A DNA stretch of 64,000 bases from Octopus bimaculoides (Eukaryota): the NCBI RefSeq assembly GCF_001194135.2, contig NC_068981.1, forward strand, positions 100,194,276 to 100,258,275, given 5' to 3'. The notes beneath the pieces were generated by a model. The model searched no databases. It worked only from the letters and a program-made list of their open reading frames with translations, and was not told the DNA's origin. Positions 52,965 to 64,000 of the stretch are shown in pieces (the first letter of the stretch is position 1; every line of letters begins with the position of its first letter). Position numbers and translations under genes: made by a program.

Positions 52965-53345
52965 AGGTATAGGCATGGCTGTGTGGTAAGAAGCTTGCTT
53001 CCCAATCACACACTTCCGGGTTCAGTCCCACTGTGAGGTACTTTGGCCAAGTGTCTTCTACTATAACTTCAGGCTAACCAAACCCTTGTGAGTGGATTTG
53101 ACAGATGAAAACTGAAAGAAGTCCATCATGTGTGTGTGTGTGTGTATCTGTATTTGACCCCATCACTGTTTGACAACAAGTGTTGGTGTATTTACGTCCC
53201 TGTAACCTAGTGGTTCAACAAATGAGACGGTTAGAATAAGTACCAGGCTTTAAAAAACAAATAGGCAGTAGGACCATCCAACTAAATGTTCTTCAGGGAA
53301 CTGCCCCGGCATGGCTACAGTCTAATGAGTGAAACAAGTATAAGA
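52965..53345 (+). mobile_element. SINE family A, near full length
   Basis: TGGCTGTGTGGTAAG head, GGGTTCAGTCCC B-box, both modules. Confidence 0.9.
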
Positions 53346-53372
53346 TAAAAGATAGATATGTATGTGAGTATA

Positions 53373-53404
<32 letters not shown>

Positions 53405-53427
53405 AACTTTTTAGCAGGTGTAGACAC

Positions 53428-53720
53428 ATGGTGGTGGTGGTGGTGGTGGTGGTGGTGGTGGTGGCAATGACATTAGTGATGATCATAATGATGAAGACGA
53501 TGATGATAGTGGTGGTGATGACATTCATGATAATAATGATGGTGATGATGAAGATGAAGGTGATGACAGTGATGGTGGTTGGGGTAGGGGGTGATGATGA
53601 TGATGATGATAATGGTGGTGATGGTGATGTAGTAATAACATTGGTGATAATAATAATGATGATGATGAAGATGGTGTTGGTAATGACATTGGTGATAATG
53701 ATGATGCTGGTGATGATGAC
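53428..53720. repeat. (GGT)n/(GAT)n low-complexity tract
   Basis: Seen directly; source of the His-, Met- and Val-rich ORFs. Confidence 0.95.
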
Positions 53721-53879
53721 ACATCGACAAGAAAATTACCAATAATGCCTTGAAACATTTATTCCATCCAGGTTGTACAGGCACTCCCTTGCCACGTCTT
53801 CTATCAGGAATGCAATGAACCAATGATTGGTCTGTTAGAAATCTGTAATTAATGTTGCTGTTGTGCACAGAGTGAATGG

Positions 53880-53880
53880 C

Positions 53881-53932
<52 letters not shown>

Positions 53933-55405
53933 AGAGTAATGAGAAAGAAAGTTTAAGTGAGAGAGAGGAGAGAAAGAAGGGAACTGAGAAAGTGAGTTTG
54001 CAATGAAAAATAAGAATGAGGATTGCAGGAGTAGGATGAGTTCTGCAGTTGAAGTGTGAGAGAGAGACTGAGAGAAAGAGAGAGAGTGACTGAGAGAGAG
54101 AGAGGGGGAAGAAAGAGAGAGAGACTGAGAGAAAGAGAGAGAGACTGAGAGAAAGAGAGAGAGGGGGGCAGAAAGAGTGAAGAGAGGCAGACAGAGGTGG
54201 GGAGAGAAGTAGACTGACAAGTAGAAAGACAGAGAGACAGACTGGCACAGAAAGAGAAGCAGACAAATAAATAGACAGAGAGAGAGAGAGAGAGAGAAAG
54301 AAATAAAGAGAGGGGGAACAGACAGAGAGGGAGGAAGGGAAGAGAGAGGCAGAGAGAGACAGTTGGAGTAGAGAAAAATAGAAGAGATAGAGAGAGAGAG
54401 AAATGAAAAGGAGAGATGATGTGAGAGTGTGTTTAGTAAAATGGTGAGTTAGTGAGAGATGGGAAACTAAGACAGAATCCTAGGTTGAGTGAGGTACAGA
54501 TAATGTGTATTGTGTTAGAAAAGGGGAGTGAAAAGAGAAGAGAGAGAGAGTGAATAAAGAGAGAGTGAGAGGAAAAACAGTGAGAGAGGAGAGGGAGGAG
54601 GAGAGACAGGCGTGAAACAATTAAAGTGAGAGAAAGGTTGAGTAAAAAGTTTAAAGAAAGCAAACGAATTGAAGATAATGTTTATGCGTACATGTTGGTA
54701 AATACGTGCAGCATGGAGATAATAGAAGATGGGGAAGAGAAAAGTGTAGAACATGCAAAATGCGAAATAGATGTAAGGGAGAGAAAGGTAGGGAAGAGAG
54801 GGCAAGGAGGGAAGAAAGAGGAAGGGAGGGAAGAGAGAGGGGAGAGCAGGAGGAAGAGAGAGGGGAGAGCAGGAGGAAGAGAGAGGGGAGAGCAGGAGGA
54901 AGAGAGAGGGNNNNNNNNNNNNNNNNNNNNNNNNNNNNNNNNNNNNNNNNNNNNNNNNNNNNNNNNNNNNNNNNNNNNNNNNNNNNNNNNNNNNNNNNNN
55001 NNNNNNNNNNNNNNNNNNNNNNNNNNNNNNNNNNNNNNNNNNNNNNNNNNNNNNNNNNNNNNNNNNNNNNNNNNNNNNNNNNNNNNNNNNNNNNNNNNNN
55101 NNNNNNNNNNNNNNNNNNNNNNNNNNNNNNNNNNNNNNNNNNNNNNNNNNNNNNNNNNNNNNNNNNNNNNNNNNNNNNNNNNNNNNNNNNNNNNNNNNNN
55201 NNNNNNNNNNNNNNNNNNNNNNNNNNNNNNNNNNNNNNNNNNNNNNNNNNNNNNNNNNNNNNNNNNNNNNNNNNNNNNNNNNNNNNNNNNNNNNNNNNAG
55301 AGAGGGAGGAGGAAGAGAGGGAGGAGGAAGAGAGGGAGGAGGAAGAGAGGGAGGAGGAAGAGAGGGAGGAGGAAGAGAGGGAGGAGGAAGAGAGGGAGGA
55401 GGAAA

Positions 55406-55487
<82 letters not shown>

Positions 55488-55560
55488 AAAGGAAATGGGA
55501 TATAGTGGGAGCGGGGTCTGAAAAGAGAGAGAAAGAAAGAGAGTATAATGAAGAAAAAGG
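53880..55560. repeat. Polypurine tract: (GA)n, 21-bp and 15-bp minisatellites, (GAAA)n, spanning a gap
   Basis: GAGAGGGGAGAGCAGGAGGAA iterated at about 54835-54910; AGAGGGAGGAGGAAG iterated at 55299-55405; (GAAA)n at about 55406-55490. Confidence 0.95.
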
Positions 55561-56064
55561 ATTGGAAAGAGAAACGGATGTTTAGAGAGGCAATTGTGAA
55601 AAAGAAATGTGCAAACCAATGTTAAAAAGTGTATGTCTTGAAATACAGAAGTCAGCTAGGGAGAAAGGAAGAAATAATATAAGCTGTTTGAATCTAGAGG
55701 CACTGTAGTAGATACCCTTTTGATATCCACCTGCAAAAGAATATCCTAGGTCTATAAGAGACTCAAAAATACACTAAAACCTTTCATCAAAATATCACCA
55801 GCTTAATAAAGACAAAGTTACTTCACCAAATTCTAAGCAATTCGCCTGGAGTGCTAACAATTCTGCCAGCTCACATCTATTGCGATAATCAAGGGTGGAA
55901 ATACAGTAGGGTATAGATAGGCAGTGTAAGAACAGAGTACTAGGAAATTATAGCAACAATAAAGTGATATAGAGTAACAGTAAAGTAGAGAATTTCAGTA
56001 TGGTAGAAAGCTACAGTACTTCAAAAAACTGTAGCAGAGACAGAAAAGAGTAAAGACCCCCTTC

Positions 56065-56300
56065 AGTCATGAATGACCATGGGATTGCTCCTAGAAAGTT
56101 CCCCTCCATGGCACAAGTCCAAGCAAGGTTGTTTATGGAAGACCAGCAGATGCCTGTGCATACCAGTCTCCCATCTCGACACCACAGATGTTATCCAAGG
56201 GAAATGCAAGCGCTGATACAGCTTGGCACCAGTGATGTCGCAACTCATTTCTGCAGCTGAGTGAACTGGAGTAACATGAAATAAAGTGTCTTACTCAGAA
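56065..56300 (-). mobile_element. SINE 3' part with CORE-like segment
   Basis: CAGCTGAGTGAACTGGAGTAACATGAAATAAAGTGTCTT is the reverse complement of the segment at about 43590-43640. Confidence 0.5.
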
Positions 56301-56759
56301 ACCTAGGTCTGTGAGTATCCAGATTTGAAATAAGTACTAGAGCAACTAAACCATCAACACAGTGCCCCAGCTTGGCCTCAAACCAGTAGCTGAAACAAAT
56401 AAAAGAATACAAGAATAATAGAATAAAATTAGACTATGATGCTACATGCTAACAGAGCAGTACAGTATAGTATAGTATATAGCACAGTACTGCAGCCATG
56501 TGCTCTGACTGAAGAAAACAAATATAACATTACAATGCAATTTATTCTATATTATCAATATCCTATGAAAACAATCTGCCAAGAGATATTGATTATTGAA
56601 AGCCAGAAGATCACTCGAATGTCTCCAGTTTTGATATAGTAATTTTTTTAATAGATAAATGTAGTTCAAGTATTCAGTATCCTGGCATATTATGGAATGA
56701 AACTGGCTTGGAGATGTTCGCTTACAATGATTTTTATTTTTGGCTTGACATTAAGGTTG

Positions 56760-57150
56760 CCAAGGTTTTCAATGGAATGGTTTTAGGCTCAATCCCACTG
56801 CATGTCACCTTGAGCAAGTGACTTCTGCTATAGCCCTGGGTTGACCAAAGCTTTGTGAGTGGAACTGGTAGATGGAAACTGAAAGAACTCTATTGTGTCT
56901 ATGTGTTATTGTCTCCTTTCCTTGACACCATGTGATAGCTGTAAGCTAATGTCATTGTCATGCAACTGGTGTCCTTTGTTTTTAAACAACCTAGACATGC
57001 CTGATCATGAGGAAATATTACCTTACTTGGAAACAGGTGAAGGTTAGTGATAGGAAGGGCTTCTGGACATAGACAATCCAGCTCAATAAATTTCATCTAA
57101 ACCATGCAAGCATGGAAAAGTGAATGTTAAACAATGATGATGGCAATGAT
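56760..57150 (+). mobile_element. Chimeric SINE: family A head joined to family D/RTE-like tail
   Basis: A head and core to about 56890, then CAGGTGAAGGTTAGTGATAGGAAGGGC..CCATGCAAGCATGGAAAAG..(GAT)n. Confidence 0.7.
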
Positions 57151-59603
57151 GGGGAGGATTAACTAGATGCCACAGTATTATTGGTACTACAAGCTTTCAA
57201 ACTAATTGCTTGATTTGTTCAATGTAGGGGCCAAGTTTTCTTCAGGAAATTTCATATTGTCTTTAGAATGAAAGGCTCATGTTTTAAGCCTTATTCTACT
57301 TCATGTGAAAGATGGTGTTTCCTACTTAGAGCTTGTTGGACTGGGCCATTGAGAGTTAAGTGTTCTGACAATGGAAACAGAATAGTGCCAGTACCAACCA
57401 TATGGTTTGTTCAATATGGAATTAACATAGCATTTGCAATTCTCAGGATTTGAACTAGGTATAGTGCAATCACAAATTAAATTCTGAAAAACAATCTCTC
57501 TCTCTCTCTCTTTCTGAGGATATTGATATTACATTGGTTTGATGGTATGAATTTTGGCTATTTTTTATTAGGTTCATAGTAAGGTAGTGTGATGTTCATG
57601 CTGTTCCCAAGAGCATTAATGGTATAAAATAAAGACAATTTGTATCAACGAAGAATTAAAATTAGGTCATAGCATCAACCCTAATGGTAACAGTATTATA
57701 AAGAATATTAGATTCTCTTCTTATGAAGAATATTACATTTGTAAAGCTATTACATGCATATGTCATTGCTGTTTAACTTCAAGTCATTCCTAATTGAGAA
57801 GATGTATAATCAAAGGCTTTCTCATCATGACCATCCTGTTGTTCAGGAATAGTATATGTAATGCTATATTATTCAATGTATCTTTCCTCTTTTTTAAAGA
57901 TACTGATTTGAAAGAAAAATGGTTGCTATTTCTAGCAGATAAAACAATTGTGGAAAGGTTCTCTTGTGGACTCTAAAAGCATTAGATGTATTTGGTAATT
58001 GCAATATTGTATCTGTCTGTCTGTTTGTCTGTCAGTGTATATGAAAGATAGTGGAAGTGGTTGAGACAGCAGAGTGCATACTAAGTATATTTGTTTCACT
58101 ATTCTAAGTTATGAGTTCCAATGTCACTGAAGTTTGTTTTGTATTCCATTCTTCTGGAGATCAAAAACAAAGTAATATTACTCTTTTCCAACCCTCACAA
58201 GTCCATTAGGCAGGCACTTAACTCTGATTTTTGTAATGTTAAATTGATGAGTGCCAAATCTTTTCCTGATTGTGCTAGTTCCTAATCCCAGCAGTAACAT
58301 GAAATGTAGCATTTACAATAAAATGGTTCATTTCATAAAATACTTATAGTAGATTTGAACTCACAAGCCAATAGCTGGTAGTTTAATGCCTTATTCTGCA
58401 CACCACTTAATATGAAATGGTAATGATAGTCTGCAGGAGAACTTGACTCTATCTCTACCTTACAAAAAGTTTGTCTTGTGCCTAAGTAAAAAGAAAAACA
58501 AATTATTTGTTAACTACAGTTACAAGTTTATATTTCCTCACAGCCTCATTGTGTCTCTGAATAATTAATTAATTTTACATCTCTTAGTTACTGAATTGTA
58601 AGAGTTTTGGACAGTTGTTGAACCAGGCAGTTGTTCTTATGCTGTCACTAGTCCTTTTATCCAAGACATGTAACTATCAAAGTTACTGTGGGTGTATAGC
58701 TCACTGTTGGAAACAGTAGTGTTACCATATTTCCAAGGTAAAGACATTTCTGACCATAGAAAAATATTACCTTGCTTGAAAAACACGTGAGTGCTGGCAA
58801 GAGGAATAGCATCTGGCTATAAAAAATCTGCCTCAACAAATACTGTCTGACCTATGCAAGCATGGAAATGTAGATGTTAAATGATGATGTACAAGGCCAT
58901 AAATGTATAGCAATAGGACATAGAAGGACATAGTTGACTAAATTTGAATCATGACTAATACTAACTTTATAAGCCTCAAAAAAGATGGAAGGTAAAGCAG
59001 GCTCCACCAAAATTTGAGATCAGAATAGAAATGGACAAGTACTTTACTGATTTCTGTCACTGATCTGTAGTAATGAAAATGGCTTGTAAAGAACGATATT
59101 ACATATTTATGATTAGAAAGATATCACACCTGTCAGAGTAATGTTACAGCAGATAACAGACTGAATAATGTCGCAGCAGATAACATACAGAGTGGCATTA
59201 CAGTAGATAATGCATAATATTACTTTGATATGTTTTATGAAATTCTCACACTTGTTTGGCTTCTTTGTCCCATTCTCCACATTATTTTTCTTTTTCATTT
59301 CCACCCCATCATTGCTATTGTCACCACTATTATTACTATCACCACCACTATTATTACTACCACCACCACTATCATTGTCATCAAAGGAGTCTGTTCATTG
59401 TTGCTTAACCTGCTAGAAATAACAGTCAAATCTCTGTTAAGCCAATACTCTAGCTGGAGGGACACATTAGGTAATGTACACTGTGTCTGGAAAGAAAAAA
59501 AAACTAAAATGGAATGGTCACAGCTGAAATGTCTTTAATCATAGGTTTGCCTTGTCATTGCTGATCTGAGGTTAAACAAAAGTTAACAATATGATCACAT
59601 ATA

Positions 59604-59772
59604 GGCGCAGGAGTGGCTGTGTGGTAAGTAGCTTGCTTACCAACCACATGGTTCCAAGTTCATTCCCACTGTGTGGCACCTTGGGCAAGTGTCTTCTACT
59701 ATAGCCACGGGCCGACCAAAGCCTTGTGAGTGGATTTGGTAGACGGAAACTGAAAGAGGCCCCTCATATATG

Positions 59773-59803
<31 letters not shown>

Positions 59804-59997
59804 TTGCCCCCTCCCCCAACATCGCTTGACAACTGATGCTGGTGTGTTTACGTCCCCGTAACGTAGCAGTTCGGCTAAAGAGACCGATAGAATAAGTACT
59901 AGGCTTACAAAGAATAAGTCCTGGGGTCGATTAGCTCGACTAAAAGGCGGTGCTCCAGCATGGCCACAGTCAAATGACTGAAACAAGTAAAAGAGTA
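59604..59997 (+). mobile_element. SINE family A, youngest/reference copy
   Basis: GGCGCAGGAGTGGCTGTGTGG A-box, GTTCATTCCC B-box variant, CpG-rich, ends GACTGAAACAAGTAAAAGAGTAA. Confidence 0.95.
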
Positions 59998-60717
59998 AAT
60001 GAGTACATGAATTTTTCTAATTACCACAACCATCACTAATGACTACTACTGCTGTTGCTACAACCACTACTATTACTACTGCTACTACTTCTGCTACTGC
60101 TGCTACTACTACCATTACTACTACAACTACTACTGCTGCTGCTGTTGATGCTGCTGCTACTACTACTACTACTACTACTACTACTATTACTACTACTGCT
60201 ACTTTAAAATCCATTTTTCTTTTATTGAAATAAATTGTATGGGTCTGAGACCTCTGTATGACTCCATATGTCTCAAAAAGTCTTGAAGACTATCATTCTT
60301 ATAACTCTGTCTATCATGTGTCGTTGTTGCTGCTGTTACTGCTGCTGCTGCTGCAGACCACATGAGATTTTAAAAAATGAGAAATGGAACAATATATTTC
60401 AGTTTTTTTAATTATGAATAACGAATGAAGGAGATTTTTGATTTTAAAGCTTGCAGTTTAATTCTGCAAGTATCATCATCATCATCATCATCACCATCAT
60501 CATCATCATCGTCATCATCATCATCATTGCCATCATCATTGTCATTATCCTCATTGTCACCATCATCATCATTGTCATCAGCATTAGCATCATCGCCATC
60601 ATTATAATCAGCCATCAACATCATCATAATCCCCATCATTGCTATTGTCACCACTATTATTACTATCACCACCACTTGAAGCTACAAAATAATGCATGAT
60701 TAGTTCAAAATAGTGTG

Positions 60718-60848
60718 AACTAGAAAAGCACTCGGAGAGCGCAGACCTCCGCCAAACAGCTCATTTCCACCCATATACACACATGCTGAAAATTGCCCAA
60801 TTTCCCAAACCAATGCCGGCAAAAACATAACCTCCTTGGTGAGGGTAA
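60718..60848 (+). mobile_element. Helentron-associated (HINE/DINE-1-like) mini element
   Basis: 5' ACTAGAAAAGCACTCGGAGAGCGCAGACCTCCGCCAA; 3' AAAACATAACCTCCTTGGTGAGGGTAA (subTIR/hairpin remnant). Confidence 0.55.
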
Positions 60849-61229
60849 AAAAAATAACACATCCATATGATTTTAAGAAAAAAAAACCTTTAAAAACAGG
60901 AATCATCTGAAGCAGTTCACAACCACCAACATCATCAGCAGCATTGTTATTGCTTCCACTTCAACCACATACACCGCCATCAACGTTATCATGACAGTTA
61001 CCTTGTCAGTCACTTTCACCACCACAACCAGTATAACCACTACAATACCACCATCACACAACTAACACTATCATCAACACCACTATTACCACCATCACCT
61101 CAGCATCACACAGCTCCTGTCACCATTAGAACCACCGATACTATTTTATCCTCCTCCGATACTTATATCAACCATCGTCATCATCAACACTGTCTCTAAA
61201 CAGCAATGCCACCATAGGTTACGCGGAAA

Positions 61230-61495
61230 CGATGAATGTGTTTACAAGGGAGATAATCAAAGAACGTAACATTGTAATACTTCATGTAAAGTAAATATAA
61301 CAAATGAAAAAATCCTTCAAGAATCCATAAAAATTCCCGGATCAATACCAAAATTTCATCATCTGTTCCTTGCATCATTACCAACTTTGCCTGCAAGTTT
61401 CATCAAAAACTGTTTACAACTTTTTGAGTTATTTTGCACAGACACTGACAAACCAACGCTGATGAAAACATAACCTCCTTCCTTGGCAGAGGTAA
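61230..61495 (+). mobile_element. Second HINE-like 3' portion
   Basis: CCAAAATTTCATC..AAGTTTCATCAAAA motifs; ends AAAACATAACCTCCTTCCTTGGCAGAGGTAAT. Confidence 0.55.
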
Positions 61496-61904
61496 TAAAT
61501 AAGCTTTACATTAAAGCAGAGTAATCTGAATACTGAAGAGTTAAGGCCATTGTAGCATAAGGAGCTACAAAGAAGGAAAAGAAAGGGCCTTCAAATTCAA
61601 AAGAAGTCAACTAACAGAAAGCTTAAAGGATTGAATATCTTAGACAAGAGGTTAACAAGATGATGGGAGTGAGTTCAAAGGACAGCAGTTTGAGGAAAGA
61701 CGCTATCAGAATAAAAGAGCATACATTGACAGTATAACTAATTTTCAGTTAGTCTTCTAGGAATTAAATTTTATTTTCGGATTTATAACAGACCATGCAA
61801 AAAATATTCTGAAGGTGGAAAGCCCTCAGGTCACTACACCATACCTTATACAGGTTGATTCTCTCCTAACGCACAAAATACACAGACGTTTTTCTTTTCT
61901 ACTC

Positions 61905-62045
61905 TAGGCACAAGGCCCGAAATTTTGGGGGAGGGGAGCAGTTGGTTAGATCGACCCCAGTACGCAACTGGTACTTAATTTAGCAACCCCGAAAGGATGA
62001 AAGGCAAAGTCGACCTTGGCAGAATTTGAACTCAGAACATAAACA
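61905..62045 (-). mobile_element. Young SINE family B (3' part)
   Basis: CpG-rich ACAAGGCCCGAAATTTTGGGG..CGACCCCAGTACGCAACTGGTACTTA..GTCGACCTTGGCAGAATTTGAACTCAGAAC. Confidence 0.9.
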
Positions 62046-63107
62046 CAGATACTTTTCTGTAACCAATGTTTGTTGATTTCTTTGTTATTTTTTTCTCTCT
62101 ATTCATTTGTGATCAGGTTGTATTATATGTCAATGCCACTGTAGCTATCTTTTCTGATTACATTAGATAATATCTTCCATATTCCAATTGTTTGTTGTTG
62201 TTTGTTTTTGTTTTCTTTTTTGCTTTTAGCTACATCATAGGACAACATACCAACTATGAAGACATAATAGTCATAGATAAAAAAAAAATGATTGATAAGT
62301 CTACAATAGCAAATGGCTGGCAAATATTGACTCAAAATATTAGAAAATTGTCCCTTTTCATTAAATGTTTGGTTGAGATTATAATATAATGTCATATAGT
62401 TATCAGAAAAGCAACAAAAATATACATTACTGATGTAGTTATGAACAGACAAAACATTTTTTTTTCTAAGATAGACATTCTTTTGAAGCAACTCAATAAA
62501 ATTAGTAAATGATTCATTAAAACAGACACATATTAACATATTTAGACATCAATATCATTCTTTTCTACATACAAATGTATACACACACACACACACATAA
62601 TTAGGTTGTTAATGAGTCATATGATCATTAGTTTCTTAGGTTCATAAGCAGGAAAACAAGTGTTTGAGTGATCAGATGTTGCAATGAATATATTATTTAT
62701 TCATTTAATATTCATTTTTCCCATTCTAGTATAGGTTAAATGGGAATGAACTTTACCCAAGATTTTTATAACCAGATGTTCTTGTTGCCAATCCTTACCT
62801 TTTTTTTTTCAAGTAAGGGATTTTACTTTTATTCCATGTCTTCTTTGCAAAGACAGAGCAACTGGTCGTAATGTTGGCAATATAAACATCAGTAGCGTTT
62901 TTGCTCAGTGACAAGTGAAATATTAGCATTCATGCCCATCTTCATAATCACTAACACACACAAATGCATACATGAAAAGCATATATAATATAATTTAATG
63001 ATGATAATAATACTAATGATACTTCTGACTCCAAGTTTCATATAAAGCTGTTTATTCTTATTTGTCAGATATGCATGTTATGGATTTATGTTCAACATAA
63101 ATGGCAG

Positions 63108-63143
<36 letters not shown>

Positions 63144-63214
63144 ATCATCATCACCAGTTAATGTCCATTTTCCATGCTAGCCAACGAGCCAGAGGACAGT
63201 GCTAAACTTCAATG

Positions 63215-63400
63215 TCTGACTGCAGCCATGCTGGGGCACTGCCATGAAGGATTTTTAGTTGAATGAATCAACTCCAGTACTTATTTTCTTTTCTTTAAGC
63301 CTGGTGCTTATTCTATCAGTTCTGTTACCAAACTGCTAAGTTATGGAGGCTGAAAACACACCAACATCAGTTGTCAAGTGGTGTTGGGTAACAACAAACA
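63215..63400 (-). mobile_element. SINE family A 3' module
   Basis: GACTGCAGCCATGCTGGGGCAC...CACCAACATCAGTTGTCAAG. Confidence 0.8.
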
Positions 63401-64000
63401 CAAACACGAACACACACTCACATAATTCTTTTTCTGTTGCATTTGTATTGTTACTTTTTTGGTGTATACGTATTACTATTTTAGCATGTTCTGTTTGTTT
63501 CTGTCCTTGCATACATTCGCTAGCTTTCTCCCAGAAGCTTAATGCTCAGAGGCTGCCAAGATTGAGTGGTCTCAATGTTAAAGCACGAAACCACTATGAT
63601 ATCTTGGGTCATTGACTGACAAGGAAATCAGCTGTGAATGCACTGTGTATCATGTTTTTGTCTAATTTTCAGTCTAAGTTTTCATTCAGTTTTATGTTTG
63701 CTCTCCTTTCATCTAATTTTCCTCTTTTTTTGTCTTGTTTTCTCTTTGTTGTGGTCTTTCTGTTCAATTTTTGACATATATATATATATATAAGTCAGTA
63801 AATAGTGGGGTTGTGTTAACCGCACGTGGAGAAATAATAGGAAAATGAAAAATAATAATAAGGCAGAATGCTAAACTGAAAGCATATTTTAATATAGATG
63901 TGTAAAAAGGATTTCTAACCGGCTTTCATGGCAAATTTTCAAGAAGAGGGAGAATGAAAATGTTTTTTTACAAAAAAGTTTAAAAAATAATATATAAAAA

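Noticed and set aside
53322-54266. His-, Ser-, Leu- or Met/Val-rich ORFs (also 4539-4847, 60017-60699, 51172-51981)
   Set aside because: Translations of microsatellite or low-complexity DNA; open in several frames on both strands.
57860-57976. VSFLFFKDTDLKEKWLLFL, reminiscent of a THAP or PH motif or a terminal exon
   Set aside because: Lacks the THAP C2CH ligands; no convincing donor; compatible with chance.
59604-59680. tRNA-like sequences with A/B boxes
   Set aside because: They are SINE heads continuing into repeat bodies; no proper cloverleaf or acceptor stem.

Overview
AT-rich, microsatellite-dense animal genomic DNA with five N gaps (86-839, 14594-15045, 21128-21496, 50325-50684, 54911-55298). 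I found no supportable host protein-coding gene, rRNA, tRNA or CRISPR, so this looks like intergenic or large-intron sequence. The repeat families (tRNA-headed SINEs, RTE tails ending in (GAT)n, many mariners) look like those of Octopus or another coleoid cephalopod; that assignment is inference from recognition, not a search. Nearly all ORFs in the supplied track are microsatellite or gap artefacts, or transposon remnants. Identifiable content: RTE, RTE-X-like, R4/Dong and Penelope retroelement fragments; mariner, maT/Tc1, pogo, hAT, piggyBac-type and Helentron-like DNA elements; several SINE families; several long palindromes. Top observation: a minimal type I hammerhead ribozyme (7297-7355) inside a 339-bp, 1.5-copy tandem repeat, i.e. 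a retrozyme or Penelope pseudo-LTR architecture, about 600 bp downstream of a same-strand Penelope RT remnant. Other notable items: a young 37-bp-TIR/8-bp-TSD DNA element, two R4/Dong copies each embedded in (TAA)n, a fold-back mariner, and three long hairpin elements. Boundaries of decayed repeats are approximate (tens of bp).
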